A DNA stretch of 64,000 nt, taken from contig OZ024753.1 in assembly GCA_964016885.1 (NCBI GenBank), positions 29,574,001-29,638,000 on the forward strand, written 5' to 3'. The translations under genes were made by a program, and so were the position numbers. This document shows positions 36,691 to 50,559 of this stretch, piece by piece; position 1 is the first letter of the stretch, and every line of letters begins with the position of its first letter. This DNA comes from Eledone cirrhosa (Eukaryota). The notes below the pieces were generated by a model. The model did no database searches and was not told the DNA's origin. It saw nothing but the letters and a program-made list of their open reading frames with translations.

Positions 36691-36778
<88 letters not shown>

Positions 36779-36831
36779 TATATACATATATACATATATA
36801 TATATACATATATATATACATATATATATAC

Positions 36832-36864
<33 letters not shown>

Positions 36865-36922
36865 TATATACATATATGTGTGTGTGTGTATATATGTACA
36901 TATATCTATATGCATATAAATG

Positions 36923-37008
<86 letters not shown>

Positions 37009-37071
37009 CATTTATATACATATATATATATATATGTGTGTATATATATACATTTATATACATATATATAT

Positions 37072-37105
<34 letters not shown>

Positions 37106-37167
37106 ATACATATATATGTGTATATATATATATACATATATATATGTGTATATATATATATATACAC

Positions 37168-37216
<49 letters not shown>

Positions 37217-37285
37217 TACATATATATATATACACATATATACATATATATATATGTATATATATATATATACACACATATATAC

Positions 37286-37333
<48 letters not shown>

Positions 37334-37382
37334 ATGTGTGTGTATGTATGTATGTATATATTTATATATATGTATATTTATA

Positions 37383-37467
<85 letters not shown>

Positions 37468-37887
37468 AGAGACAAATGGAGACAGAGAGATAGATAGAGA
37501 GAGAGAGAGAGTGAGAGAAAGAGAGATAAAGAGAGAGATGATAAAAAGAAAACGTATAGTTTCGAACCAAGATCAGCATAATGCATAATATATTCAAGAA
37601 AAGAAACATTTCACCTATTAAAAAACATCTCATGAAAAGTCGTACCTTCCTAAGAATATATGACACTTCTTATCATAAACTCTACAAAAGAAAATATTGT
37701 CCTTAAACCCATATATACACAATTACTTATATATTACATAGTAAATGTGTAGTTGGGCAACATAAGCAAATATTTATTGAAAGTCACACGCAGATACATA
37801 CAAAATATGCGTTGAGACCACAAATGTAAACATGCGGGCATGCAAACACCACACCGAGAGCATACAGAGATATCACTGTATAAACTG

Positions 37888-37953
<66 letters not shown>

Positions 37954-38072
37954 TTACATATATACATACACACGCACACACACAAATATATATATATATA
38001 TATGCATACACATACACAAATAAATATGTGTGCGCATGAATTTAGGTATATGCATAAATAATATACATATAC

Positions 38073-38133
<61 letters not shown>

Positions 38134-38613
38134 AATTTATGTGTGCATGCGTACGAATGTGTGTGTGCATGTGTGTGTATGTGTATGTATGTGTGTGTAT
38201 ATGTATGCGTGTGTTAAGTGAATATATTTAGAAACACAAATGTCACGAATATAATTCATTCCTGAATGTTCCATCCTTCCACTTTGTCTACGTAATTCTA
38301 TGATATTAAAACATACCTTCCTCACATATGGGTATATGTGTATATGTATGCATATTTTACAAATATATATAAATATATATATACACAAATAGGCACATAT
38401 GGACGTATATATATGCATATATATATATATATATATATATAAATATATATATGTGTGCGTGTGTGTATGTATATATATGTATACATATATATACATGCAT
38501 ATATATACCTCCATATGTGCGTTTTTTGTGTATATATATTTATATAAATGTAAAATATACATACACATATATATGTGTGTGTATAAATAAATAAATATAT
38601 ATATATGTATATG

Positions 38614-38669
<56 letters not shown>

Positions 38670-38671
38670 TA

Positions 38672-38703
<32 letters not shown>

Positions 38704-40366
38704 GATATATGTATATATATATATATATGTATATAGGTAGGTAGGTATGTATATGTATATAGGTGCATATGTATGTGTGTGGATATGTACGTGTGCGTGT
38801 ATGCTTTTGTATGTGTGTTCCAAATAAATAAAATAAATATGTTTCCATATGTCTATATATTATGGATATGTAAGCATTTTGACTTTAATTATATAAACAT
38901 TACATAAAAAAAAAACATGGAAAAAGAAAATCGCCATCTTATAAAAATTCCTCAAAACAAAACACATTCTTCATACAATCACCACCCAAGAAAATAACAC
39001 AACACGAAACACATACTACAGAATCGCCGCATTATCATATATATATATATATATGTGTGTGTGTGTATATAGATATACATACATATATATATACATACAT
39101 ATATATATACATACAAACATATACATATATATATACATATATATACATATATATATACATATATACATATATATACATATATATACACACACACATATAT
39201 ATACATACACACACACACACATATATATATATTTATATTTATATATATATATGTCATTAACCGATATATATATATATATATATATATCGGTTCATGACAC
39301 TTTATTGTTGTTGATATTTTTTGCATTATTAGAAAAATCGTTGTAAGCTCTTAGATTAGAAACATGGTTTTGAATTTCCCGCTAACGATTCATTCTTTAT
39401 TTGTATCATTTGTAAAACTCATGAAGTCGATAATTTGCATTTTTCATATTAGCTTATATTTTTCATAAGGTATTAAATGGTGTAAACAGCGAATATTTGC
39501 AGTAAGATTCCAGAAATTAATGTGATTAGTCCAGTTATGAATCCTGTTTGAAATTATTTGTTTCACGTAAACCACTAATTCAATATGGCGTCCCTACGAC
39601 GCTCTCAGGAGTCGTATGGGCGCCATTTTGACATAAGCATTTCTTAGGACATTTTAAAACCTGGTGAAGACCAACACCTCTCCAGGCCTAAATAAAGCAG
39701 ATTTCTTCCAGAGGAGGATTGATAGTGAGAGAAGGGAAAGTGAGAAAGAAATATAGAGGAAGAATCGACCCCAGAATTAGACCGAACAAAAGTTAATATT
39801 GATGCCTCTCGTTAGGCTGGAGGCTAAAGTGTTTCATACTTAATGGACAAAATATGTAATATATGTGATACTAAAACGCATAGCAGCTATCACAAAGGAT
39901 ACATAACTTTACTTCCTCAAAAAGAAAGGCTGTGCACACATTAAGTTGAGGGCTGCATAGCTTTGAAGTAGAAACTAGCTGCCATTTTGTTTTAATTTTA
40001 GTAAAAGTTCAACTCTAATATTAATAACAAAAACAACAACAACAATAACTGCAGCAACAACAACAACAATAACAGCAACAGTAACAATAATAATGGTTTC
40101 TGATTTAGGCTCAAAGCCAACAATTTTAGAGGAGGTAACAGTCGATTAAATAGACCCAATGCATTACTGGTACTTTATTTTATTGATATCGGAAGGTAAA
40201 AGATAAAGTTGACATTGACAATATCCAAGTTATTATACAATGGTGGTAAGAACAGACCCTATATATTTATTAATTGATGAATATCTTTAATTGGGGGGGG
40301 TTAACAAAGAAAATTTGCTTCCCGAGTTCGGAAGTTCAGGCCTCGAAACTGGTTGCATGTAATGAA

Positions 40367-40491
40367 GCAGAAATACGTAATTAACTGCAGAAAGACGTAA
40401 TTAACTGCAGAGAGACGTAATTAACTGCAGAGAGACGTAATTAACTGCAGAAAGACGTAATTAACTGCAGAGAGACGTAATTAATTGCAGA
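40367..40491. repeat. 20-bp tandem repeat, about 6 copies
   Basis: Unit gcagagagacgtaattaact. Confidence 0.9.
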
Positions 40492-40689
40492 AAATGTGCA
40501 AATGGGGAAAGAACAGTTAACCACATTGGCTCTAGTCGCTCGGTCTTAGACATGATAATGTTAAGGCTTATATACAAGGGAACTATAACGTTAGAGCTTA
40601 CAGACAAGGGTACTATAATGTTAGGGCTTACATACAAGGGTAGCTATGAAACACCAACAAAAGAGAGATGCTATTGACAACCACCAGAA

Positions 40690-41070
40690 AATATCTGAGA
40701 GAATGGTGAAGCAACTATCCACTGGAATATACCAAAACATATAGACAAGGAGATCAAATCTAATCAACTGGATATTATTAAGGTGTATTAGGAAAGAAAA
40801 TGCCTCCTAATCGAAGTACGAAACTCAACAGATAATCATATCTCTCCCAGAGAAATGTGAAAATTATTCAACTAATCGATACAGAGATAATCGAATGTAG
40901 GAGTGAAAAGATGAAACAAATTACATAATAATAGGTTCTTTAAATTGATAAAAAAAAATAGTGAACATCTTAATACATAAACACAGCCTCTAGACTCACA
41001 AATATGAAAAACATTCAGAAAACAGCAATATTAGGCACTGTGTACATATTATCTAAAGTACTTATACAAG
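40690..41070 (+). pseudogene. Degraded R4/Dong-like RLE retrotransposon 3' fragment
   Basis: ENGEATIHWNIPKHIDKEIKSNQLDII and IQKTAILGTVYILSKVL; followed by (CAA)n/(AAT)n. Confidence 0.6.
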
Positions 41071-42428
41071 CAATAAAACCATACCAAACCGAATATACTA
41101 GTGTTTGGTAGTGTAGTGTAAGTACGAAATAAACATAAAATAATTGACTTACTATATCATCATCAGCAGCAGCAGCAACAACAACAACAACAACAACCAG
41201 ACAATAATAATAATAATGATAATGGTTTCTGATTTAGGCCCAAGGCCAGCAATTTGAAGGGAATAAGAAAGTCAATTAAATCAACTCCTGTTCATTACTG
41301 GTACTTTATTTTATCGACCCCCTAAGGATGAAATGTAAAGCTAAACTTCGGCGGGATTTGAAATCAGAACGTAAAGAGCCGTAACTGTATGTCGCAAATG
41401 ACATTAAACAATAGATGTATTAATTGGATTAAACTTGAAATAAATATTAAATTATTATGAAACACAATAATTATTACAAGATATGATATAAAACATTAAA
41501 AAACATTCAAGATTACCCACCCAGGAGTTAGAACGACCACATTTCTCATTGCTTTGGCACTTTCTACATACCCGTACTGCTTAACAAAGGCAACTATGAC
41601 CTGGAGGTCGATGATATTGGTTATTCCTCGAACTGTTACTTTTGTTTAGTTCCTCGCCATCTACTGGGGTACAAACTCGTGAGCAGTGGATTTGCGTACT
41701 ATTCCTACATATGTCGTCGCTTCCTCCTCACTTTCGAAAGTCACACAAACGGTCCACAGGTTTTGCCCTTTTCTATGGTTAAAGCTTTAGTCTAGCCATC
41801 TACCGCTTTAATCCATTAACAGTTACATTACTCTATATTTACTATTGTATTTTTGTAGTAAAGGCTTTATCTAACATAATTATCCCACATAATATCGAAT
41901 CCATGAGATTTTGGTATTATTTATTTTGAGAACAAACCATAAAAAATGATGAGCAGCTGGTTACGGCCGGTTGAGCAGAAAGAGGTGAGAGAATTCTGGC
42001 CGGATACATTCGATTTAAATGCTAAAGGGTTAGATTCATTTGTTAAAAGTATAGAAAATGCCCGCCTCCCTTACATATTTGCATACAAATAACATTATAC
42101 TAATGGTTAACAAAAGCATGAGAGTATGAACAACCTATTTCAAACGTTATGTAAAAATGAGGAGCTTAAGTACGTAATACAATGAATATATAGAATACTT
42201 GAATGGAAATTAAAAACATGAAATAAATATAAATATATATATAAAGAAAAATAATAAATAAAACGTGATATAAATGAAATATTAGAAAAATGTAAAACAC
42301 AAATTGAATATTTCTCTCGTGTAGGAGTGAAAAACTAGAGCATCCTACATTTCTGAATACCTTCCGTTCTTAGTTCTCCATGCTAAATATATCGTCCATA
42401 TTGACTGTCTCCAGTTTGTTCAGTAGAC

Positions 42429-42509
42429 CTACATAGAACTAAGCTGCGATGTGAATACCAGTGTATTCTTCCCTATTTGAGAGGGGCTGTCCTCAATTCG
42501 CCTAGCTTG
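42429..42509 (-). CDS. Putative terminal coding exon of an unidentified gene (QARRIEDSPSQIGKNTLVFTSQLSSM*)
   Basis: Strong acceptor ttttcattgtag; phase matches the upstream exon. Confidence 0.45.
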   Translation of the reverse strand, partial: QARRIEDSPSQIGKNTLVFTSQLSSM

Positions 42510-43274
42510 CTACAATGAAAAAAATGAAAAATGTTGTTGTTTTTTTAAATAGAATGCATCAGGGAGCGAAAACTATCCTAAACACTGTGATGTAAGGAGT
42601 ACTCGATGCTTCCCCTAGTCTGTCATGGCTTACTAGCTCTATACAGACGTTTAAATTGAATAAATAAATAATAGATGTTTTTTTACGATAGAAAACAGAA
42701 AGAGGAAGAGAATCCCAGATACACTGCTGAAATCATAAACCATTTGAACCGTGATGTCACACAAAGTCATGCTCGAACAAAGGTCACTAACTTCATATTT
42801 TAAAATATGAAGACTTTACAAAACCAATTTTAATTGCAATTCATTTATTTTATTTTGACTACAAAATCACAACAAATTCCTGTGTACAGACAGACAAATG
42901 AGATAAAAGGACATTCATGGCTGAATGTCTGTGACGAAAGTAAAAAATGACGGCAGCGTTTCTACGTCTCTTGGTAGTTTTTTTGTTTGTTTGTTTTCTC
43001 TATTTTTTTTAATTGAAACGACAAAACAAGACTTAGAAAAACAAGCGATGAAAGAACACCATTTACATGATAAAATTACTTCAGACTCCACACACGAAAC
43101 ATCGGAAATGATGATCAGTTGATATGAAAAACAAAAATATTAAATGTGTTTGTTGTTTTATTTTTTGTATTACCTTATTGACATTCATTGAGAGAAAAAA
43201 AACTAACTGAGGACTAATATAAAATTACGTAAAATACATATTTCCAATTAAAGCACTTTAATATAAGCCTCACA

Positions 43275-43355
<81 letters not shown>

Positions 43356-43373
43356 TTTAAATAACACCAAAGA

Positions 43374-43420
43374 TTTACAGCTGTTTCTATCTGTGTAGAG
43401 CCACAGGTTTCATCGGAGTT
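43374..43420 (-). ncRNA. Degenerate hammerhead-like motif
   Basis: CCGATGA-..ctgtg..cacag..-GAAA-C-AGCT-G-TA, next to (TA)n. Confidence 0.45.
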
Positions 43421-43547
43421 TATTTAAACGCTTAATAGGAATTTCACACAGAAGCAGATTAGGAACTAATATATAAAATCACTTTACAAAGTCCATATAT
43501 ATATACCCCCCCACCACACACACACATATATATATATATAAATATAC

Positions 43548-43578
<31 letters not shown>

Positions 43579-43709
43579 CACACATACATACATAAACAGA
43601 CACTCACTCACATATATATATGTATATATATGTATATATATATATATATATGTGTATATATATATATACATATACACACATACATACATAAACAGACACT
43701 CACTCATTC

Positions 43710-43740
<31 letters not shown>

Positions 43741-43817
43741 CATGCGTGTGTGTGTGTGTGTATACATATATATATTATATGTGTGTGTGCTAAACCTAAT
43801 GTTTATCTCGGTTATCA

Positions 43818-43883
<66 letters not shown>

Positions 43884-44081
43884 GTAGAGACATGAATCAT
43901 TTATGCTTTAAAGATGCTTTGTAAACGTTACTCTAACAATTGTTATATGCATGATATCAAACATGGCGAATTGACGATTATCTGATGTATAAAATTACGC
44001 TTTTATTTGCTTAGACAACGTCTAGTCTCGACTTATCTACTTATCTATGTATATAATAGCTTTCGTCAAAATACAATTACT

Positions 44082-44151
<70 letters not shown>

Positions 44152-44856
44152 GTATATATATATATGCATACATACATGTATTGTTATAAATGATTATATT
44201 GGTTGTGTTAATAAATATTATTTTTCTTATCTATGCGCGTATGTGATTATGGATGTCAATGAGAAAGAAATCAATTATGTGTAAACACATTATATGTATA
44301 TTCATGAGTGAGTATATATGTGTGTGTGTATATATATGTGTGTGTGTGTGTGTGTGTATGTGTGTGTAAGGTTAAAATTGTTTTCAGAAAGCCAGAACAA
44401 TGCAAGTTAGAAGAAATAAAAGAGTGAAAACGGATGTAAAATAAACCAAACCTAAAGAAAATCATATATTTTGTTAATATTTCTGTTAAAAGAAAATGGA
44501 GTATGGTGGTAGTGGTGGGCTGCGGGCGGAGTGAATGCTGTCATATGTAAACTGGCATTATTATGATGTGAATTGGTAGTATCGGTAGAGCGTCAGACAC
44601 CATGCTTTACAGCATAGAGTTACGTCCCTTTGTAAACTGGGTTAAAATCCCGCCGAGGTTAACTTCACCTTTCATCTTTACGGGGTCGATAAAATAAAGT
44701 ACCAGTAATTGCTGGCCTTGTGCCAAAAGTAGAAACAATTATTATGATTGCCAATATGCCTCATGGATTTCGTGCCTATCAGTTTTAAAACGATACCGCA
44801 CAATGTTTCATATGAACTATACAATATTTTATATATAGATATATATATATACACAC

Positions 44857-44890
<34 letters not shown>

Positions 44891-45384
44891 GTACTCTCAG
44901 TCGCTTCACGCCATGAAACCGGGATAAGCACCGGCCAAATGAGCCTCTGGCTTAAGACAGACTTTAGACCTTTTTTTAGATACATACATGTGTATCTAAA
45001 ATTAGATATTTAGATACATACATGTGTATGTATCTAATTCTTGCCTACCACTGTCACCACGTGGTTTCCAAAGGTGTAGGAATACGTAGGCCCAAGATAT
45101 AGAACCAATCACATAATTAGGCGGTTAAATTTCAAACAGTTTGAAAGTAGCGCCAGAAAAGCTCTCCACTTGTGAATAAAAAAATGTTAATTAAAATATT
45201 TTAGGCTAATTGTCAATTTTTGTTAAATAAAAAGAGACAGCACCGAAATATCAATCATTTGAAAATAATTTAAAATAAAATGTGACCTATGCATGGGCGA
45301 GTAAAGCTGATCCTAACATAAATTAACAAATCCGTGAATGTTTAAAACTTATCAGACTACCTTTGCGAATTAGGTTTACCAGAA

Positions 45385-45525
45385 GAACCAGATAAATATA
45401 GGCTTTCCAGAACTGCCAGATAAATATAGGCTTTCCAGAACAGCCAGACAAATATAGACTTTCCAGAAATGCCTGACAAATAAAGGCTTTCCATAACTAC
45501 CAGATGGATATAGGCTTTCCAGACA
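45385..45525. repeat. About 28-bp tandem repeat, 5 copies
   Basis: Unit ccagataaatataggctttccagaactg. Confidence 0.8.
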
Positions 45526-45818
45526 TTTATGACATGAGATGAATATATATATAAATTTATATCTCTATAAATACAGGATGGGTAACCGAGACTGCACCAA
45601 TGTGTATATAAATATACATATAACTAATATGTAGGCATGTAAACATGCCGAAAAATACGAGTTTCTTTGTAAAATAAAAAAAAGGATAAACATCTTTGCT
45701 CATAATAGTGAGAGAGGGGAGAGCGGGAGAGACGGAGGCAGTGACAGTAGGAGTTTGGTTCCTTTGTGTTCGGACCTAGCGTATGATTATAATGTAAGGT
45801 ATTCTTAATACTGCGTAC

Positions 45819-45853
45819 CTTCAGATAATTTAGCATCTCTTCTCGTAGGTTAG
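45819..45853 (-). CDS. Putative exon of the unidentified gene (ANLREEMLNYLK)
   Basis: tag acceptor, aag|gtacgc donor, phase 1 to 0. Confidence 0.45.
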
Positions 45854-46145
45854 CTACTTTAAATCAAGTCACAGGGGAGACAACTCTAAAACAGTAGATG
45901 AATGATTTATTTCCCTTGATTGTTACCCGAATTTGCTAAATATTTTACAATTCCAAATAATTCATATTTAAAAATACAATAGGATTTTTTCAACATCGAA
46001 TGGCTATGAGGTCCACCAGAGTAAAATAGGAATCAAAGAGATCCATAGGTAAAAGAAAAAAGGTTGAGAACCAATTTAATGGGGTTCCCCCGAAGGGCCT
46101 CTGGCCAGATCAGTTGGAGACGGCTGCATGTGACAAGACCCGCTG

Positions 46146-47160
46146 AAAGAAGAAGAAGAAGAAGAAGAAGAAGAAGAAGAAGAAGAAGAAGAAGAAGGAG
46201 AGGAGGAGGAGAAGGAGGAGGAGGGGGAAAGAAAGGAGGGGAGAGGGAGAAGAAAAAATAAGGCAGAAAAGAAAGGAAAGAAGAAAGGAGGGGGAGAAAG
46301 GGGAGAAGAAGAAGAAGAAGAAGAAGAAGAAGAAGAAGAAGAAGAAGAAGAAGAAGAATGAGAAAGAGGCGAAGGAGGAGGAAAAGAAAGGAGAGGGAGA
46401 GGAAAAAAGAAGAAAAGAAGGTAAAGAAAGAAAAGATGATAGAAGAAGATGAAGAAGGAGGATGGGGGGGGGGGAAGAAGAGGAAAGAAAAGAAGAAGAA
46501 AAGGGAGGAGGAGAAAGAAGAGGGAGGGAGAAATAAGAGGAAGAAAAAAGAAGAAAAGAAGGCAAAGAAGAAGAAGAAGAAGAAGAAGAAGAAGAAGAAG
46601 AAGAAGAAGAAGGGGGGGAAGAAGAAAGGAGGAGGAGGAGGAGAAGAAGAAGAAGAATGAGGAGGGAGGGAGGAAAAGAAAGGAGGCTGAGAGGGAGAAG
46701 AAAAAATAAGAAAAGAAGTGAAAGAAGAATGAGGAGGCGGATGGTGAGGAAAAGAAAGGAGGAGAGGGAGAAGAAAAAAAGAAGAAAAGGGAAAGAAAAG
46801 AGGAGGAGGGGGAGAAAGGGGGAGAAGAAGAAGGAGGAAGAAGAAGAAGGGGGGAGAAAGGAGGAGAGGGAGAAGAAAAGGAGGGATGAGGAGGAGAGGG
46901 GGTAGAAAGAAGAAGAAGAAGAAGAAGAAGAAGAAGAAGAAGAAGAAGAAGAAGAAGGGGGAGAAAGAAGAAGGGGGGATGAGGAAAAGAAAGGAGGCGG
47001 AGAGGGAGAATAAAAAAGAAGAAGAAGAAGAAGAAGAAGAAGAAGAAGAAGAAGAAGAAGAAGAATGGGGAGGAGAAGAAGGGGGAGAAGGAGGAAGAGT
47101 AGGGGGAGAAGGAGGGGGTGAAAGGAGGAGAGGGAGAAGAAAAGAAGAAGAAGAAGAAGT
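46146..47160. repeat. About 1-kb (AAG)n/(AGG)n polypurine tract following a probable RTE 3' remnant (46040-46146)
   Basis: Almost pure A/G on the + strand. Confidence 0.9.
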
Positions 47161-47319
47161 AGTAGTAGTAGTAGCAGTAACAACAACTACAAACTCCTAA
47201 ACAATGTTGAATACTCTTGGTAAATCAATCTAGTTAACAGTACAAGGGAAATAAATAGTACCAGCCTCTTGTTTTACAGTTATTTTGTTTCGACGATCTT
47301 AACCTATTTGAAACATATA

Positions 47320-47775
47320 AAATAATAATTGTTTCTACATTTGGCACAAGGCCAGCAATCAATCAGTGCATTACTGGTATAAAATAATAATTGTTTCTAC
47401 TTTAGGCACAAGGCCAGCAATTACACAGTACATTACTGGTACTTTATTTTATCGACCCCGTAAGGATGAAAGGCAAAGTTAACCTCGGCGGGATTTGAAC
47501 TCAGATCGTAAAGGGACGTAACTATGCTGGAAAGCATGGCGTCCGACTCTCTACCGATACTGCCAATCCACTGCCATATGGATATAATTGTTTCTACTAT
47601 TGGCACAAGGCCAGAAATTAACCAGTACATTACTGGTACTTTATTTTATCGACCCCGTAAGGATGAAAGGCAAAGTTAACCTCGGCCGGATTTGAACTCA
47701 GAATGGCAAGGGCCGTAACTCTATGCGTCAAAGCATGGCGTCCCACCCTCTACCGATACTGCCAATCCACCGCCT
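47320..47775 (-). mobile_element. Tandem Nin-domain SINEs (two full, one partial)
   Basis: Repeated units of about 190 bp. Confidence 0.85.
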
Positions 47776-48221
47776 TTACCATATGGATATAATGGTATAA
47801 AATAATAATCACACTAAATTTGTTTCCGTGTAACTTTTTTAATAATGCATTTTTTTATTGTTATTATTTCGGAGAGATACATATTCAAATATGTAGATTA
47901 GAATTCTACAGATGAAATCAAAACATACTCTGTAGTCTCGAATAAATGTCCCCCACCCCCACTTATTAATTATTCAGATTTTTTTCAGAAATTTTATTTT
48001 AAGTGGTAGCATTCCTGTGACAATTAATTTTCTTTAGACATTAAAAAACATTATACATGACAAAATAATAACATTACTAGAAATCCTATGTTATAAAATA
48101 AATAGGATGGGGGTCTCAATATGTAAACTAAACAACTAATTCTAATTTTTTTTTAAATCAACAGAGACAAGCTAAAGAAATTACTCATTTTCCATACACA
48201 CAGAAATTTTTTTTTTTTTTT

Positions 48222-48472
48222 CCGTGGCGCCTACACGTCCACTTTACAGTGTGGGCTGGGTGCTTTTTTTGCCGTGGCACCTCCACGACCACTTTACAGT
48301 GGAATGATAGGGACCCCAGACCTATCATCTCATTTCTACAGCTGAGTAAACTGGAGCAATGTGAAATAAAGTGTCTTGCTCAAGGCAACAACACATCACC
48401 CGGTCTAAGAATTGAACTCACAACCTTTCGATTGCAAGCCCAATGCTCTAACCACTAAGCCATGTGCCTCCA
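48222..48472 (-). mobile_element. CORE SINE with RTE-derived 3' tail (truncated)
   Basis: tRNA head plus CORE plus a segment matching the RTE 3'UTR at 52017-52082. Confidence 0.75.
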
Positions 48473-48671
48473 TATATATATATATACAACAGTGATTCTA
48501 CACAGCTGTCTACCAACTTCTACTCATATGGCTTTGGTCAACCCAAGATTATACTAAAGGGAAGTGAACCTAAAACCATTAACTACATAACTATATATAT
48601 AATTGTACTTTGGTTTTGTCAATTCATAGAATCATTCATAAGCAGGTTTGTTACACACATCTTCAACATAC

Positions 48672-48710
48672 CTAAAACCTCATCTAAATGACTGGCCCTT
48701 CTCTTCAGAG
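48672..48710 (-). CDS. Putative exon of the unidentified gene (ALKRRASHLDEVL)
   Basis: cttttgtag acceptor, ag|gtatgt donor, phase 1 to 1. Confidence 0.55.
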
Positions 48711-48931
48711 CTACAAAAGATTTCAAATTTCAACAATTGGTGACCCTCAACAAAGTTCCAATGAGACCCACAACACAGTATACTCCCACTACTGGTATGT
48801 TACTACTGTTCTTCACACAATACCCTATTGTTTAATCTTTTAGCATTTACATTATATATACTATTATATTTTCATGGTAAAAGCTTTAACTGGCATAATT
48901 ATCTCATAAGCAGTGCACATTCATAACATAC

Positions 48932-49001
48932 CAGCAGCCTTCTTAATCCATACAGCAGGGAGTGCATTAAGTGCTTCATCATAATACCCATAGATTGTAG
49001 C
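48932..49001 (-). CDS. Putative exon of the unidentified gene (ATIYGYYDEALNALPAVWIKKAA)
   Basis: aaatag acceptor, tg|gtatgt donor, phase 0 to 1. Confidence 0.5.
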
Positions 49002-49623
49002 CTATTTAATTCAATATTTAACTCTATTTTAAGATGAACTGGGATAGGCCTGACAAAGCACATGGTGGAGAGGAAAGGCATCAACAAGTTTTAATGTTAC
49101 AATAAAAGAAACTCTTTATGGTTGGAAGATATTTCGATACGCAGACACAAAAATAAAAATTGATGAATAATCCAGTAAAGCCAAGACCAACTAAGCTAAA
49201 CTTAAATTGACTCTTGATTAGCGCTGGATTTAGGACAAATGAAGCCCTGTGCTAGTTAAGTTATGAGGCCTCTTACTTGGGCCCTGAAGGAGGTATGCCT
49301 GGTAGTCCTACTCAAGAAGATGCCAGGGCTAACGGGGCCCTGTGCACACCTAAGCACAATGCCCTTGATTAGTGAAAATGTTATCCTTGGACATTCCTCC
49401 ATTTTCGATATTATCATTAAACCCCTACAAAGATGTAATTAATTTCCTTTAACCCTTTAATATTTACATTACTCTATACTATTACTCTGTTATATTTTCA
49501 CGGTAAAGACTTTACCTCACATATATATGTATGCATGTAAAAGATAAACAGAAATAACAAAAATAATAAAACAAAAGACAGAAGGATTGTATTAGTTTAA
49601 TGCTTGAAATAGAAGGAAGAGAG

Positions 49624-49659
49624 TCTTAACGTTTCGGACGTTAGTCCTTCATCAGAAGA
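49624..49659 (-). ncRNA. Minimal hammerhead ribozyme-like motif
   Basis: tctt-CTGATGA-a-GGAC-taac-GTCC-GAAA-cg-TT-aaga. Confidence 0.75.
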
Positions 49660-49749
49660 AAGAATGTGAAATTAAAGAAGAAATAGAAAAACTGAGATGG
49701 GCAAAGTAGAAACGGAAATTTTTTTTTTTTTTTTAAGAGTAAAATAACA

Positions 49750-50125
49750 GGTCCAATAGGAATACATAATGGGTTCTTACAACAAATTATTCGGAAATTT
49801 TCCATTACAAATGTTTTCACGGCTTTAACGACTATGCAGTGTGTCAATCCAACCTCTAAGGAGAATCAGGAGTGGATAAAAATAATGTCCAGAAGACCAT
49901 CTGAAGAGGCCATATTAATACTATGGAACCAACACACTGTATAGTCGTCAAACTCATCGAAACTTTTGTAATTGGAAATTTCCAAATAAATTTATATACT
50001 CCCACTGGACCAACAGATGTAGTCTAGAATGCTTCAGGCTGTTGAGTAAAGTACTTACCTCACTATACTTCGAAATCCACCAATTGGAGTGTTGAATACA
50101 ATGTCCTAGCTGGTCATCTACCTGC
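49750..50125 (+). mobile_element. Fold-back element with hammerhead-like motif (49897-49975)
   Basis: Diverged inverted arms; ccat-CTGAAGA...GAAA-C-tttt-G-TA-attgg. Confidence 0.6.
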
Positions 50126-50128
50126 ATA

Positions 50129-50177
<49 letters not shown>

Positions 50178-50179
50178 AA

Positions 50180-50468
50180 AAGTTCTATTTAAATTGTTGG
50201 GATACAACAAGCAAATATTTTTATAACTGATATAAAGCACTCAACAAGTATTTGGAGTAAACATACGAGAGCTTCCAACAGTAAACATACGGGAGCTTCC
50301 AACAGTAATGGTTGCATTTTTTAAGGGTATGTCAATATTTATTTATAAAACTGATCTATATTATATTTTGTCTGATGAAAGCACACCATAATTTAACTTG
50401 GTGTCCTTGAAATATGTATAATGAAATAAATATGGTTTTATAAATATAGTTTCCATTTGTTAATATCG

Positions 50469-50470
<2 letters not shown>
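50180..50470. mobile_element. Partial copy of the 51268-51600 hammerhead element
   Basis: CTGATGA-aa-gcacacca..tggtgtcc-tt-GAAA at 50372-50412. Confidence 0.6.
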
Positions 50471-50539
<69 letters not shown>

Positions 50540-50559
50540 AGTATATCTACCAACATATG

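Noticed and set aside
46110-47200. Poly-K/E/R/L/S ORFs
   Set aside because: Translations of the polypurine tract
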